Positions 14,801-28,570 of a stretch of 64,000 nt of DNA are shown here, piece after piece. Position numbers and translations under genes: made by a program. The notes beneath the pieces were generated by a model. That model did no database searches, had not been told where the DNA came from, and saw nothing but the letters and a program-made list of their open reading frames with translations. The first letter of the stretch is position 1. Each line of letters opens with the position of its first letter. Origin of the DNA: Calonectris borealis (taxonomy: Eukaryota); the NCBI RefSeq assembly GCF_964195595.1, contig NW_027441456.1, forward strand, positions 808,127 to 872,126. The letters are read 5' to 3'.

Positions 14801-15800
14801 TTACTAAAAGCACAGCTCAAGCCAGTCCATACTCACACAGGCACCTTCCCTCGGCCCATACAAAGCTCTACAGGCCACGTGCTTCTCCAAAAGCAACGTG
14901 CTCCGGCATCAGGTTTTCTCATCGCGTCCTCTCGCGGCGTCACCTTCAAAAAACAGCAACAAAACATTAGTGGTGGCGTCAGCTCGGCGGGTTTCCCTGC
15001 CCGGGGGCAATTCGGGCAACTCACCGGCGGCAAGTGCCTGTCGGACACAGACCTTTCTCCGTCCACCCTCACCACGGGCACGTTGCCTGCCTCGCTTCCC
15101 GGCCTGGCGAAGCCCTCTCTGGGGAAACCTCCCGACCAGGCTGAGGTCAACCACCACCTCGCCACTGACCGCCCCAACCAGCAGAAGACCCAGACCCCGC
15201 TGAGGGGGCCCGACGCAGACCCCGAAGCCTCCCGGGGGCAGGCGGCCACCCAGGGCCGCTGCAGCAGGGTCCTGCCGGGCGCTGCCTCCTGCCCTGCCCC
15301 GCGGCGTGACGCTGCAACGCCTTCATCAAGAACCATCTCCAATTCTCTCAAAACCCTTGTGCTATCTCTTCTGACACCGCTACTTGAAGAACCTTCCTAC
15401 TCTGTTTGCAAGGCTGAAACACACTCCTACAAGCTGCTCCCTTCTTCTCATAACTGAACAGACTCACAGAACCATTTAGGTTGGAAGGGACTTCTTGAGA
15501 TCATCTAGTCCAAACCCAGGGAAGGAATTCTGCAACATTTTTTTAGTTTTATTTTAAAAAATGAGGGGATGTGTAATACATTCAATAATTATTTCATTCT
15601 TATTTCATGATCTGAGATCAAATCCATTTTGAAGGATTACATCGCACTACCTACACACAATGACGCGTGACCTACGACTGCTGTGCTTAGGCACCCTTTT
15701 CAGCCAAAAGGGTACAAAGGCCGCTAAAGAGTAAAGCCTGTAATTAGACACAAATACTGATTGCACACGCAACAGCATCCTCCATCATAAGCAGCCAAAA
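11856..15800. repeat. Macrosatellite unit copy 3 (truncated at unit position ~3947)
   Basis: Colinear with unit positions 1-3947. At 15800/15801 the sequence jumps from '...gcagccaaaag' (unit ~3947) to 'ctgcacccagttaacgtgaaag' (unit ~437). Confidence 0.9.
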
Positions 15801-16427
15801 GCTGCACCCAGTTAACGTGAAAGCATCTCCTAGGAGCAGCCGGGATTAAGCCAAGAACTATACCTCTCCCACACGCAAATGGAAGAAAACTCAAACTGTG
15901 CTCCCTTCTCCCTCTGCTGGCTCAGAGTTTGTGACAGGAATTGGACTCCACACTTTGGAAAAGCTCCAAGCTCGCGGCCAAAACAAACTGCAGTTCCCTG
16001 GGTCTCAGAGTAATTCTAGAGCTACAGTGGTGATACACATCAGCCCTAGATCAGATAATACATGCCAGCACTCATCACTGACCCAAGAGGGCAACCTCCT
16101 CCTGCCCTACCCAAGGCTTTCAAATGCAACACGCCTTCTTCCTAGAACAGGACCCTACCCTATTGATTTCTAACACCATTAATATATTTCTTCCTCGAGA
16201 TGGGACTAGAGAGTCACTACGCAAGCAATCAAGCCACCGCTTGGATGCACTGGAGCCTTTGGGGTATTGTTCTTCCCCACGGCTTCCATGACAAGGAAAA
16301 TGAGAGACAGGATAGATGGGGAGAAGTTTAACTTACAGTGGAGAAAGCTACGGTGAACAAATAAGATTGAGACTAAGTCCTTTTTCTCAGGGGAAAAGTA
16401 CACACCCAATAAATAATTGCTCAACAG
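15801..16427. repeat. Partial unit copy 4 (unit positions ~437-1063)
   Basis: ORFs 15898..16173 and 16206..16454 match 534..809 and 842..1060. Homology ends after 'aattgctcaacaga' at ~16427. Confidence 0.9.
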
Positions 16428-16454
16428 ATCGGCATAATTCTCAGAAAACACCAA

Positions 16455-16640
16455 CCCCTAACTCTCCACAAGAGAGTGAGGGCTGTTACCCTTACTAAAA
16501 GCACAGCTCAAGCCAGTCCATACTCACACAGTCACCTTCCCTCAGCCCATACAAAGCTCTACAGGCCACGTGCTTCTCCAAAAGCAACGTGCTCCGGCAT
16601 CAGGTTTTCTCATCGCGTCCTGTCGCCGTATCACCTTCAA
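16455..16640. repeat. Unit-homologous segment (unit ~2905-3090) leading into the edge CpG island
   Basis: 'cccctaactctccacaagagagtgagggctgttaccc...' matches unit 2905 onward. ORF 16476.. matches ORFs 2932/8857/14785 (MRAVTLTKSTAQASPYSH...). Confidence 0.85.
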
Positions 16641-17420
16641 AAAGCACCAACAACACGTCAGCGGTTGCGTCAGCTCGGCGCGTTTCTGTGTCCGGGGGTC
16701 ATTCGGGCAACTCGGCAGCGGCGAGCGCCTGCTCGGACAGAGACCGTTCTCCGTCCCCCCTGACCGCGGGCACATTTCCTGCCTCGCTTCCCGGCCTGGC
16801 CGAACCCTCCGGACGAGGCTGAGGCCAACCACCGGCTCACGGCTGAGCGCCCCGACCAGTGGGAGGCCGAGACCCCGCCAAGGGCTTTGGGCCCCCGCCG
16901 CCAGGCCCGGTCCGGGCGGGCTCTGCCGCAACTGCCGGCCCCCACCACGCCGCTGGAAGGTGCTACCGCGGCCGGAGCCCCCGCGCGCCCCACAGTGCGG
17001 CGGCCGCGGCCCCGGGCCAGGCCTCGGCCCCACCACGCGGCAGCAGCACCCACCTTTACCGCCGCCCGCGCCGGAAAGAGCGTCAGGGCGCGGGGCGGGG
17101 CAAGAAGTAGGTCCCGGAAGGACCCCGCTATAGGTGCCCCTGCCGTTCGCCTGACTCGCGCGGGCGGACTGAGGTGGCGGGACCTGGCGGTCAGGCGGAC
17201 GCCCCGCGGCAGGGAAGGACCCCTCCCGGAAGCGGGGTCTCCGCAGGGAGCGCCGCGGCGCTGTGGAGAAGCCGGTCCTAGTGCCCAGCCCCGGAGCGGG
17301 TGAGGGCAGCGGCGCTTCCCTCCAGGAAGAAACCCCTTTCCTTCCCAATTAAAACTGGTTGGTCTGTTAATTACCGACGTTGGGCTCTGGTAGACGTGAT
17401 CCGTGCCGGGGGGGAACACC
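16640..17420. promoter_or_regulatory. CpG island at the array edge. It is the diverged, CpG-retaining homolog of unit region ~3090-3480. GC-rich sequence continues to ~17980.
   Basis: Extreme GC and CpG density (cggcggccgcggccccgggcc...). ORF 16570 (MLLQKQRAPASGFLIASCRR...) is a diverged version of unit ORF 3026 (MLLQKQRAPASGFLIASSRG...). Confidence 0.7.
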
Positions 17421-17647
17421 ATTTTGAGACCATAAATGAAAAAAGACGTATAATGCTGCTGGCGTAGAGCAATGGAAACTAGGCTCTCTGTTTTGGGTTT
17501 GTGGGTATTTGGGGGGTCTCGGGGGGGGGTCTGAGGGTTACGGGTTGGTCCTTTTGAGGGGTTTCGATGGGGGCGTTGGGTGTGTTTTTAAAAACGGCAG
17601 AGCCTTGTCCAGCGTGGGAGGGGGTTGACCTTCCCGCCGGTGAACAA

Positions 17648-17693
17648 GATGGCGGCTGGCAGCCGTGAAGCAGTGCCCGCCTCAGCGCAGCCC
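17648..17693 (+). other. Speculative first coding exon (ATG in Kozak context 'aacaagATGG', 15 codons MAAGSREAVPASAQP, then donor GTGAGC)
   Basis: Sequence 'gaacaagatggcggctggcagccgtgaagcagtgcccgcctcagcgcagcccg|gtgagcg' lies inside a CpG island. No downstream exons were identified. Confidence 0.12.
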
Positions 17694-17899
17694 GGTGAGC
17701 GGCACCGCCCGGCGCTGCCTGCAGCGGGCGGGTGGCAGGGACGGCAGTGAAGCACGGGCGCTCCGGTGCGTAGCTGCCGGTGAATCACAGAAGGGTTCGC
17801 GGGGAAGGGACCGCTGGAGGTCAGCTCGTCCACCCCCCCGCTCAGGCAGGGCCGCCCGGAGCCAGGGCCCAGGGCCCCGGCCAGTTGGGGTTTGACTGT

Positions 17900-18335
17900 C
17901 TCCGGGGACGGAGACCCCACAGCCTGTCTGGGCAACCTGTGCCAGCGTCTGACCCCCCTCACCGTAAAAAAAAAAGTGTTTTCTTGTGTTCAGGTGGGAT
18001 TTCATTCGCTCTAATTTGTGCCCGTTGCCTCTCACCCTGTCGGTGGGCGCTGCTGAGGGCGATGGCTCCCTCCGCTTCCATCCCGTGATGATGATCCCAT
18101 TCATTGATAAGATCCCCCTGAGCCTTCAACAGGCTGAACAGCTCGCTCAGCCCCATGCTCCAGACCTTCCTCATCGTCGTGGCCCATCCCTGGACTCTCT
18201 CCAGTACGTCCGTGCCTTGTACTGGGGATCCCAGCACTGGACACAGCGCTCCAGGCGCGGCCTCACCAGCGCAGAGCGATTTCCCCACGGAGTCCGGGGA
18301 AGGTGAATTCTGCCGCTGCTGAAAGAAAGGCCTAT
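17900..18335 (-). mobile_element. CR1 LINE fragment (ORF2 C-terminal part)
   Basis: 'tctgggcaacctgtgccagcgtctgacc...' parallels the CR1 copy at 62740-62810. Minus-strand ORF 18171..18356 'LERCVQCWDPQYK' resembles CR1 ORF2 'LEYCVQFWSPQYKKD'. Confidence 0.6.
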
Positions 18336-20094
18336 CCAAGGTAAAAGAAATCTCACAAAAATTCATCCTTCTCAGCTCTTCTTGCTGCAAATGTAGTTAA
18401 GTATATATACTGATGGAAAGGAATAGTGGCTTTAAATATACTGGATTTGAAAGAAACGTGATGCTGTAAGTCATTCTCAAGGAAAAGCCACGCACTTTCA
18501 CTTGAATCATCCTAATGGAACATTTACTTGCTTAGGAAGTAGTAGTGAGAGAGGCCACGCGCTCTGAAGCTGATGTTCTGTTACCGCGGGATAGCATCTA
18601 AATCCTTAAGACAGGCACACGTGCAGACACCAGCGACGCAGCCTTGGCATTGCTGAGCTGGAAGGGCTGTTCGGCTGCTGGACGCTGAGGCGGAGCGAGA
18701 ACCGCAGTACGGCCGTAACGTGCTTCAGACACTGGACAACTTACCAGAAATACAATTTAAATGATGTGACAAGCAAAGTGACTAAAAGCAACCGCACCTC
18801 TCTGCTTAGAAATACATTTTTATTACAATGCAGCAATGCATGTCAGAAATAACATTTTGATCATCTAATTTTACAGTGAAAAAACATTGCATTGTGAGGT
18901 TCTTGTTTCTTGCCCCTTATTCTATTTGGGCTTTTGGGGCACTAACCAAGTTCAGAATAGCGTTGTTATAACTGAAAATAAGGCAGTTTCCTACAGGTTC
19001 TTTCACATGGGATCAGTTAAAATGAAAACATGTATAAAATTAATGATTTTTTTTCCCACTACGATAAAAACACATACCTGTATTTCTCAAGAGCTGTACT
19101 TAACATTCATCCATAAAGAAGACATCTTGCTTAAAGCACAAGAAAACAAGTATTTTCTTCATAAATGTTATAGGTTTCTTTGAGGCACAGAGATAAATGC
19201 ACTGAATAACAATTTCTGTCTGCTGGACTCAGGTGAGTAAGATGGTTGAGTCACAGAAAAAAAGCCCTATTATGCTTTATCTTTTGAAAATAAAAACTAG
19301 TTTTTGTTCATACTGACTCATGGACGTGTGTAAAATATAGATAATCTGCAAGTCGTAATCCAGCCACCATTTGAGAAAAATAACACCTATCTGTGTTGTA
19401 ATTTATGAGAATGTTTCTGAAAGGTCCAGAGGTCAATATGTATTTGCTTTCAGTTTTTTTAAAAGATGCAAGTTTCTAAAGGCCACAAAGCCACAGTTTC
19501 AGCATATTTATTTTAGCAAGTGGTGACCTAGAGGCTGTGTGTGGCAACATGGTGTTCCTGAGGAAACAGAATTCCTTTTTTAAATTTCCCTGAGATTTAT
19601 TAATTTGATATCCACCCAAACTCCAGTGCTAAAACAGTGGGAGCAAATCTGTATCATTATAAACAATACAAAACCACCTAAAATACAGTTCCTTGTTACA
19701 TGCTGAATACCTTCACAGACAAAAAGAAAAATTTTAAAAATCTGAATTTTGTTCACTTTTTTGATCATACAAATTTTACAGAGAAGGTGTTTACCTGTTC
19801 TCCCACCAAAAGCCAAAGATTTGAGTGAAAGAGAGTGAGCGGGGAAAGATGACAACCAATCACTTTGAAATTCAGAAATGTTTAGGAAACACCAAGTTTG
19901 TTAGGCAGAAGGAATGAAGTGAGGGGATGGACGGGGAGTACAGAAGTAGTGCTTAATCGTGTATGCAATAAAAAGATTTTGAAGGAAACGGGTTTTCTCC
20001 ACACCTTTCTAATTGTATTGAGAAACGCACTAAAATCCTCTTCCATGAGAACACAGAACACTACAACAGCACCAGACATGCTTGACACATTTCT

Positions 20095-20166
20095 TCAAGC
20101 CTTGTATTTGCCAACATGTTCACGAGCTATGATCATCCTTTGAACCTGAGCAGTTCCCTCATAAAT
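20095..20166 (-). CDS. ACADM: ACADM exon 12 coding part: [23 protein letters not shown] (stop TGA = rc of 20095-20097)
   Basis: Acceptor 'cttttcag'. Human: [23 protein letters not shown]. Confidence 0.9.
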   Translation of the reverse strand: MYEGTAQVQRMIIAREHVGKYKA

Positions 20167-20606
20167 CTGAAAAGAAGAATTAAAATAATGTTAGCTGCTC
20201 ATTTTAAAAAATATTTTTTCAACAGATCTTTCTACACTTGTAAACCTTCATAGCACTAATCCAGTGTGGATTAGGATGTGCAGAAAGACAGAGAAAACTG
20301 AAAAAATTCCAGTGTGACTTGAGTAACTACAAGATGCCGAGAGACAGTCTTGTTCTCTCAGATGCTCTCATCAAAACTCAGTAAGGTTCTCATGAAAGTA
20401 ACAGACATAGTGGGTGAAGAAGGATGGGGAAAATGTCTTATCTGGGGAAGAAAATACATAATTTAGGTTTTACAAATTACGTTTTAAAACTGTGTGGAGG
20501 GGAGGAGGTGATCTGTGCTGAAAGTGTGGTATTTTCTTTGAGTAGCCTTTCAAGGCCGTAGCAAATGTTCCCTTTCATCCATTTATGCCCTTCAACACAG
20601 TATTTA

Positions 20607-20637
<31 letters not shown>

Positions 20638-23037
20638 ACCATGTATTCTTGCATTTTCCTCTAGAAACATTCTGCTCTCTCTGTTCTATTTGGCTTGCTA
20701 GCAGCAAAGCCAGAGATACACAATGTATACACACGTATGTAGGTCTAATGCAGAAAGAAGGCCATATGCTCCACAGGTACAGTGCAACGTGATTCAAGGG
20801 CAACATATTTTAGGGGTTTAAGTGTTTCAGTTCCCAGTTGTTCGGCAAATTGCTCAAATGCATGCAAATTCACTTTCTCTGTAGTCATAAAATAGGGATA
20901 ATCTTCCCAAACCTTACAAAGCTTTTCAAAAATAAAGACACTATAACACTAGTTTTTTGGTTCAGAGGCAACTGTTCATTCTCAAAGTGAATTCTCTGAC
21001 TACTGCTGCTTACCCCGTATCGATTCAGTTCATCGAGCAGATTTTGCTTTGTCAGTACTAGGTGCCCTCTGGAGTAAACTGACCTGGAAGCTCTCCTCTC
21101 TGCGTACCCCCAATACCCTCCGAACCCTAAAGAAGACATAATGGTCCAAGGCTACAGCTGGACCTTACAATGACGTGCATAGTGAGGACGTTCAGTCCAA
21201 ACAGGCCTGCTGTGAACTCGGCTTCCCCAAAGCCGTACAGGAGATGCGGGGGCCTCAGCAGCTCCTCCTGCCGTCTGCGGATCTGCTCCTGCTGCACTGA
21301 ATTACTTGCTGATGAAGATGATGCATTACTTGCTGATGATGAAGAAGCCACAAAATTCAAGTGTAAAGACATCAAAACCCACAGCCTTCTTAAGTAACCA
21401 CGAGAAAGGCTTTGGTTTGCAAGCCAATGGGAGTCAAGAATCCTTGACAATTAAAGAAGGGAAAGTTTTCTGAGTTTGAGAAACTAAGTTACAAGTTTCT
21501 ATCATAGTAGCCTGGATTTGTAGCCAGAGAGAAACCAGGAGCAAAGCATGGACACCTGGGAACGTTACCAGTAAACACAGTAACAGAATTGTGTCATACC
21601 GAGAAATAACCAAATATGTGGAAGAAAAGAACACATGGAAAACAAAGTTTCTGTACATGAAGCATATGGCCAAAAGCATACACCATCTGGAATTGGGCAG
21701 TAATATAGTAAAGCATAATCAAGAGACATGGATGAAATAACTGTAAAGAGAAAAGCCTTTCCTGTGTTCTTTTGGGGATGAAGGGAAGCAGAAAAACACC
21801 AAAGATGTAATCCTAAATCATTAATTTGAACAATTAAAAAAAAAAGTCTATCTAGCCATGCATTTGTGATGGATCAGTGTAATGGAAAATCTAAATAACT
21901 GGGATCCTGTAAAATCAGTCTCAACTTTCAAATAAACTTCTAACCCTCCCTCCCTCCCACTTTTTCTAGAAACACATGGAACCTGACAGGAAAAAAGCCC
22001 AATCATAGCAAAGTTCAATTACTCATTCATTTCCTCACTTGCAGGAGTGCAATTAGTACTAAGAACCTTTAGATTCCAAAACAGCAGTTTTCTATCCTCG
22101 GATAGAGAAAAATTCTCGGCTAGTGAGAATACTTTTCATTTTAAAGTCGTCTGTAAGAGAAATTTTAACTACCTAGAATCTTAAGAATGACAGCTGTTAT
22201 AATTAGCATTACAGATCATGGTCCACATGCATTTCTTGATATCATCTATTTTGTCATATCTATTTTGTTTATATTCTATGTCATCTATTTTGTTTATAAT
22301 CTAGTCATTATAATGTCAGAAAGAGGTGAAAAGATAAAGATTACTGGTTTTCCTGAACATAATTAAATCATTCTTGCTGAATAAAGAACTGTAGCGTAGA
22401 GAAGAATTATGACAAGGAATAATTTCTTGGTAATAGTACTGCAGAAAAAGATCTGGGCATTATGGGTGACTATGGGCTAAACGTGAGTAAATATGAGCAT
22501 GTTTTGTTGTGTTGTTTTTTTTTTTAAAAAAAGGCTAATCGCTCCAGGTTGTGCCACACTTCTGTTAATACAACATATGCAAGATAATTAATCCATGATA
22601 CTCAGTGCTGGTTACTTCTCAACTGAAGTAATCTGCCCAGTTTATGATACCAAAGTTTCAGACAGAAGGTTTAGAGCACAGCAAGAAGTGAGGAAGAGAA
22701 CAGCATTATACATAAACCTACTTACAGAATACCAAAGCAAGCATTGGTATTTTGATCAGTGTTTTCTACAGTCCTTTTTTCTAAGAGTTCAAACACTTCA
22801 AGCTGAAGAGTCCAAGAATTTCAAAGAGTTACCACATCAGAAAAACAAAACCACACCACTAAATTTGTTTCTCTTGTGTAGGTTAAGTTGTTGATCTAAT
22901 GCAAAGAGTTTTGTATGCAAGAATTTGCCTGATTTGAACACCCTTTCTTTAAATGGAAGGATTATTGCTCTCATCCTCAAAACTTTTTTTATATGTGTAC
23001 ATCATGATTCCAAATAAGTAGCCATTAGTTTATTTTA

Positions 23038-23334
<297 letters not shown>

Positions 23335-24027
23335 CTACGAGTGATGAAATAAACTCGGTTAACACTGCCTGCTTAAAATTCTATGACATCCAAGAAGAAT
23401 ATAGTCGTCTTAATTTCTTAATTTGTGCATTCAACACACTCAGGAAATTGTACTTAAGGACTTCCACAAAATTTGGATCAGGCTTTCATAACAGTATGTT
23501 GTATTAGACTTTTAAGTTTTTGATTCTAAAAGCCACGTAGCCACAGGAATTAAGTATTGAATTATGAAGTTGTGCTTTACTTTTTATGAGATCTGTATTT
23601 AGTTTGATGTTTATTGATATTTCTTTAAGCATGGTAAGCAGTGCGATTGGCAATGTATTCCATTAGTATTAATACCATGAGTCTTGTTTCATGTACCTCG
23701 GGGAGGTTTTTTCCTTCCCTGAAAATCCCTGTTCATTAGAATTGAAGAACTTAAGTATGTCCTGACAGTGCATGAGTTTCAGGGGTTTGGGCGGAGTTTT
23801 CTTTGTGATTTTACTATTATCATCAATAAGTTATTGAAGAATCCCAGGAGTTATTGCATAGCTAGATTTACTTAGATAGTGCTGACCTATATACTTGAAA
23901 ACCCAAGCAATGGCAGAGATATAATAAATGACACGTCCTAAATATCAAGGAGCAACCTTGAAAATTCACTAGTAGTGCATCTGGTATGAAAACGTAGCTT
24001 TATGATATATTTATTTTTATATATTTA

Positions 24028-24201
<174 letters not shown>

Positions 24202-24205
24202 TTAC

Positions 24206-24346
24206 AGGTGGTCTGGTCTTATCGAAAGCTCCCATTGCAATTTTAAAGCCAGCTCCCTCAGCTATTAATACATTTTCTTTCGGAACTCTCACATCTTCAA
24301 AAATAATACCTCTTGTATCAGAGCAGCGCTGACCCATGTTTATTTC
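24206..24346 (-). CDS. ACADM: ACADM exon 9: [47 protein letters not shown]
   Basis: Acceptor 'cttttcag', donor 'gtaagtatc'. Human: [47 protein letters not shown]. Confidence 0.92.
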
Positions 24347-25246
24347 CTGAAAAGGGAAGTTTACAGAGGTGCAACTAAATTGGATTCTTCCAAGGTACAA
24401 CACATTTTCATTCTTTAGTTTACTCAAAGCATAAATGAAAGCTTCCCCCCACCCCTCCAAACACTTCAGTTTTACCTAAAAAACACCATATACACAACAA
24501 ATACTAGTTTTGCATTTACAGACCAGCACGCCCTTAATTTGTCAAAGCTGGGCAGTTTACTTTCTCCATATGTGAAATTAATTCTGTAGCTGTAATCACT
24601 CATTTGTCCTTTTCTAGTTCAATTACATCCTTTGAGATGAGAGAGGAAAAAGTAAAGAACCTAAAATGCAGGCAGAAGTAAAATACAGCTGTACTACAAA
24701 CAAACAATGAAATAAATGAGATTTTCAAGTTTTCTAATTCCGTTCCTAATGTTCAATGTGCATTTTTGCCTGCTACTAAAAATAGTACTTTCTTTGTTTT
24801 CTTTTTTTTTCTCCCCTCCCCCCCAAAAGAGAACTAGCAGCAGTGTCTCCGAGGCCTATTCCTTGAGCAGGAGTAGCTAAAATTAAAGCACACCATGTGT
24901 TTAAGGTTAAAGTTGTCCACCTTGCTTCTTACACTTTCAAGGCTTACTACTTCACATTAATTGGCACTTATCAATTAAATGGTTCTCAAAGATTCTTTTG
25001 CAGCTGGGCAAAGCCATCTTATTTTAGACCATTCAGAAAAATTTCTTATCTGAATTTATAACATTATAATTATTAAGTATGTCTTATGAATAGTTTCTGC
25101 ATGCTGTGAAAAAGAGAAGAGTACATGAGTACATGAAAATGTTCAGTTGCTTAACAGTCTCTTTTCTTTAATGGCAATTTGTTACATTATTGGTTTAGAA
25201 GTGAATAATAATTCCTGGCTTGTCAAATAAGAGATACACTGTTCAC

Positions 25247-25355
25247 CTTTCTTCCAATTTGGATTCCAGGGCTATTTGCTTCTACAATGAATCCAGTAAA
25301 GGCTTTGCTTGCAGGAGCTTTTGGATCTGGATTAGTACGAGCTAGCAAAAAATAC
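25247..25355 (-). CDS. ACADM: ACADM exon 8: (W)[36 protein letters not shown]
   Basis: Acceptor 'cactag', donor 'gtgaac'. Human: [36 protein letters not shown]. Confidence 0.92.
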
Positions 25356-26570
25356 CTAGTGTAAAACAAAGAAGAGGGGAGTCAGTTTATCCTCACAATT
25401 AACAATCAGATACTTTTTTAGCTAACATGTTAAATGTTTTTGTGTGTGTTTGTACCATATAATAAATCTATCAAAAAGTTAACAACCCTTTTTCCTTGTC
25501 CCTTCCAAAAAAATGAGCGGGAGTGAGGGAGAGGAAGCATCAGCGCATCTCTTACTGCGAAAGTCAAGATTTAATAAAACTACTTCAGATCAACATGCAA
25601 AGGTTCTCCACCTTTTCCATGTATTTTAAGTCTTAATATTACAATCAGCTTCACAAATAGTACAAAAGAAACCTATTCACAGCACATACATAAAAATTAT
25701 TGCTGAGGAAATACAGTATTGCATGCAAAATGTTATGTTATCCTCTTCATTTCAAATATCTTAATTTTATTCTTCTAAGTATAAGTTGTAAATAAGTTTT
25801 TTTCTGCTAGAAATGAAACAGTTGTAAATCACATTTGTGGTGTTCAGTAACCTCAAAAGGTAGCTGGTAGATTCTCTTTGACGGTTCTGCCTTGAACAGG
25901 GAAATAAATAACAAGAAAATTCAACTTTGTACATAAATGTATAAAGTTTTTCCTCTTGAATTAAAAAGAATTTATGTGTTGGGGATGAGCATGATCTTAA
26001 GTGAGACATGATGAAAGAGGTCTATATTGTAAAGCACATTCCTGGACACCGCAGCAAAATCTGGATTCTTTGACACTGGGAAAATGTCTTCTCTTAAGAA
26101 AATAAAATGTAACACCACGATCCCAGAATTTTTCTATCTTCACTAAAAGTGAGAGATGTTTCCAGTAGAATCAGAAGCAACTGGTCTCCATCACCACACC
26201 CAAAATGCAAGGTCGCTTGTAACATGAGCCTCCTGAGTACTTTGCAAGTTAACTCTTACTGTTGCTGCCCTTCCCTGAAGAGAAAGTGGAATTGATTTTG
26301 TTAGATAGCAGCAAAATTTGAGAGGCATTCTTGAATGGAGTTGTCATGTCATCCCTCAGTTTCCTTTTTAGCCCCTGCACAGCACCGAGACTGCTTTCTT
26401 ATACCTTGTCCTGATAAACTGGTCACCGATTAAAGTGCAGTGTGGCAAAACGTAATGAATATTCAGATTTATAACATCTTTAAAGAAACACTAGTGTATA
26501 ACTTGGGGCGGGGACACACACACGCGCGCATCAGTTTAGAATAGAGTAACAGAAAATGTAACATGAGTCA

Positions 26571-26714
<144 letters not shown>

Positions 26715-27507
26715 CTAAAAGAAAATAAAATGCAAAATCTTGAGGAATAAGACTTCTGTTTCTAAGCAACCACAAATTATTGCAGAATTATGTGCACCAA
26801 ACTGATCTGTAAAAGTTTTAAGTGAACTGCATGGAAACCCCCAAAATATTACATCAAAAAAACCCAACAACTGTCTGAGCAAAAATCCGAACATGTAGGG
26901 TTAATTTTCCTTATAAATCCATAATAATAATTAAAATTGTCTTTTACTTTAATGATAAACAGAACCATTCTGTAACTTTTTCTAAGTCATCACTTTCTTA
27001 TGCTTCACAAACTCTGATATGAAAGTTGAGGATGTTTAAAATCTGAAAATAAGAGCACAGAGTAACGTCCTGTGGTTACCGTGCTCTTCATTTTATGAGG
27101 CTTAGTTGTTCAGATTTTAACGCATTGCACATGAATCTTTACTTCTTTCTGTGTAACAAGTACTACTTAGATAATATTTAAAATTCATAAATGCAGTTTA
27201 ATGCCCATCTGAGTTGAATTTGTGCTCATATAAACCTTGCATTCTTCTTAAAACTCCTACACCTTCTCTTGGAAGTGAATTAAAAGGTATTACTTTTCAG
27301 TGACTTAGGATGTTTTTCCAGGTAATATCTTCTATTTGCTTATTGAATACATCTAATTCAATATCCCTTGACTTTCAGTAAATGCCACTGTTTATTTAAA
27401 AACCGAAATGGGCTAAGTTGTGAGTAGATATCAGTGTTTTAAACAAACAAACAAACCTGATTAATATGATTTAGGAACAGTCTACAGTGTTCCTAAGTTA
27501 CACTTAC

Positions 27508-27588
27508 ACACATCATTGGTTCCTCCGTCATTCTTCCTAAGTATTTTTTCTGCTGCTGCTCATTTCCTGCAATGATTACTGGCATTTG
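27508..27588 (-). CDS. ACADM: ACADM exon 6: [27 protein letters not shown]
   Basis: Acceptor 'ttctttcag', donor 'gtaagtg'. Human: [27 protein letters not shown]. Confidence 0.92.
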
Positions 27589-27674
27589 CTGAAAGAAAAT
27601 ATTTATACTATTAATCCATCTTTTTAAAGGGCACAGACTTCAGTTTAAAGGAGGTAAGAAAAGACAAAACTTAC

Positions 27675-27775
27675 CCCTAGGGAGTTTGCCTCAATGGCAG
27701 TTTGAACCCCTGTACACCCGTAAGCTAACTCTTCCGTAATAAGGCATGCTTCAAAACTGCCAAGGCCAAGACCAC
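27675..27775 (-). CDS. ACADM: ACADM exon 5: [33 protein letters not shown]
   Basis: Acceptor 'ctgtag', donor 'gtaagtttt'. Human: [33 protein letters not shown]. Confidence 0.92.
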
Positions 27776-28570
27776 CTACAGTTGCAATATTTGACTAAAA
27801 TGAGTTTAAAGTGGAACATATTAGTGATTTACAAATATTACTTATCAAAAACATATTCCCCTACGTACATTTGATTGTGCACTGTGTTTGATTAGACATT
27901 CCCATGCAAACTTTTTAAATAAAGTTTTGTCAGATTAGTAACAGATGACTTAAAAACGACACTCTGCAGTTCCAGGGTGATTGTGTGCTTGAGGTGGGAC
28001 AAGTTGCACAAAATGGCAAGAATGTACCACTGGAATCTTTCGACTACTTTACATCTGACAATTTTCTTAAGAGTTCTTAGGAAGCAGAGAAAGGGCCTTA
28101 AGGGCTCCTAAGCTACCACAGCACTTAGGAATAAAAAAAAAAAGTGTCCATATCAGTCAGAAAACCAACCCAGTAACCTGTTTCTGACAGAAGCCAACAC
28201 TTTGGGGAGTGCATAAAAATACAGTAACAATACAGCAATACTTCCTCAAAATATTTTCCACAGCCTTCAGGTGACTTCCTCAGCCAAAAGTATCTTTGGT
28301 ATCTTTGTTAGCTAACCCTTGATAGACCTTTCTTCTCTGAATTTGCCCAGTCTCTTTTTGAGCCTATGTAAAATTTTAGCATCAATGTCATCCAGGGGCA
28401 GTGAGTTTCACAAACTAAGCACTGAGTGTAGAGCCATCTCCTTTCATTTATTCTGAACCTGCTGTCTGCTGACTTCATTTGATGCCTTCTAGTTGTACCG
28501 AAGGGGACAGTAAGCTATGACTCACTTTTCACACGCTCCATGACACTGGCGTTTTAGGCCTTTCTCATAC

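Noticed and set aside
16000-20000. Expectation of RABGGTB (human downstream neighbour of ACADM) and its intronic SNORD45 snoRNAs
   Set aside because: No RABGGTB-like coding exons (MGTPQKDV..., prenyltransferase alpha-alpha toroid repeats) were recognisable on either strand. The region is array edge, CpG island and CR1.
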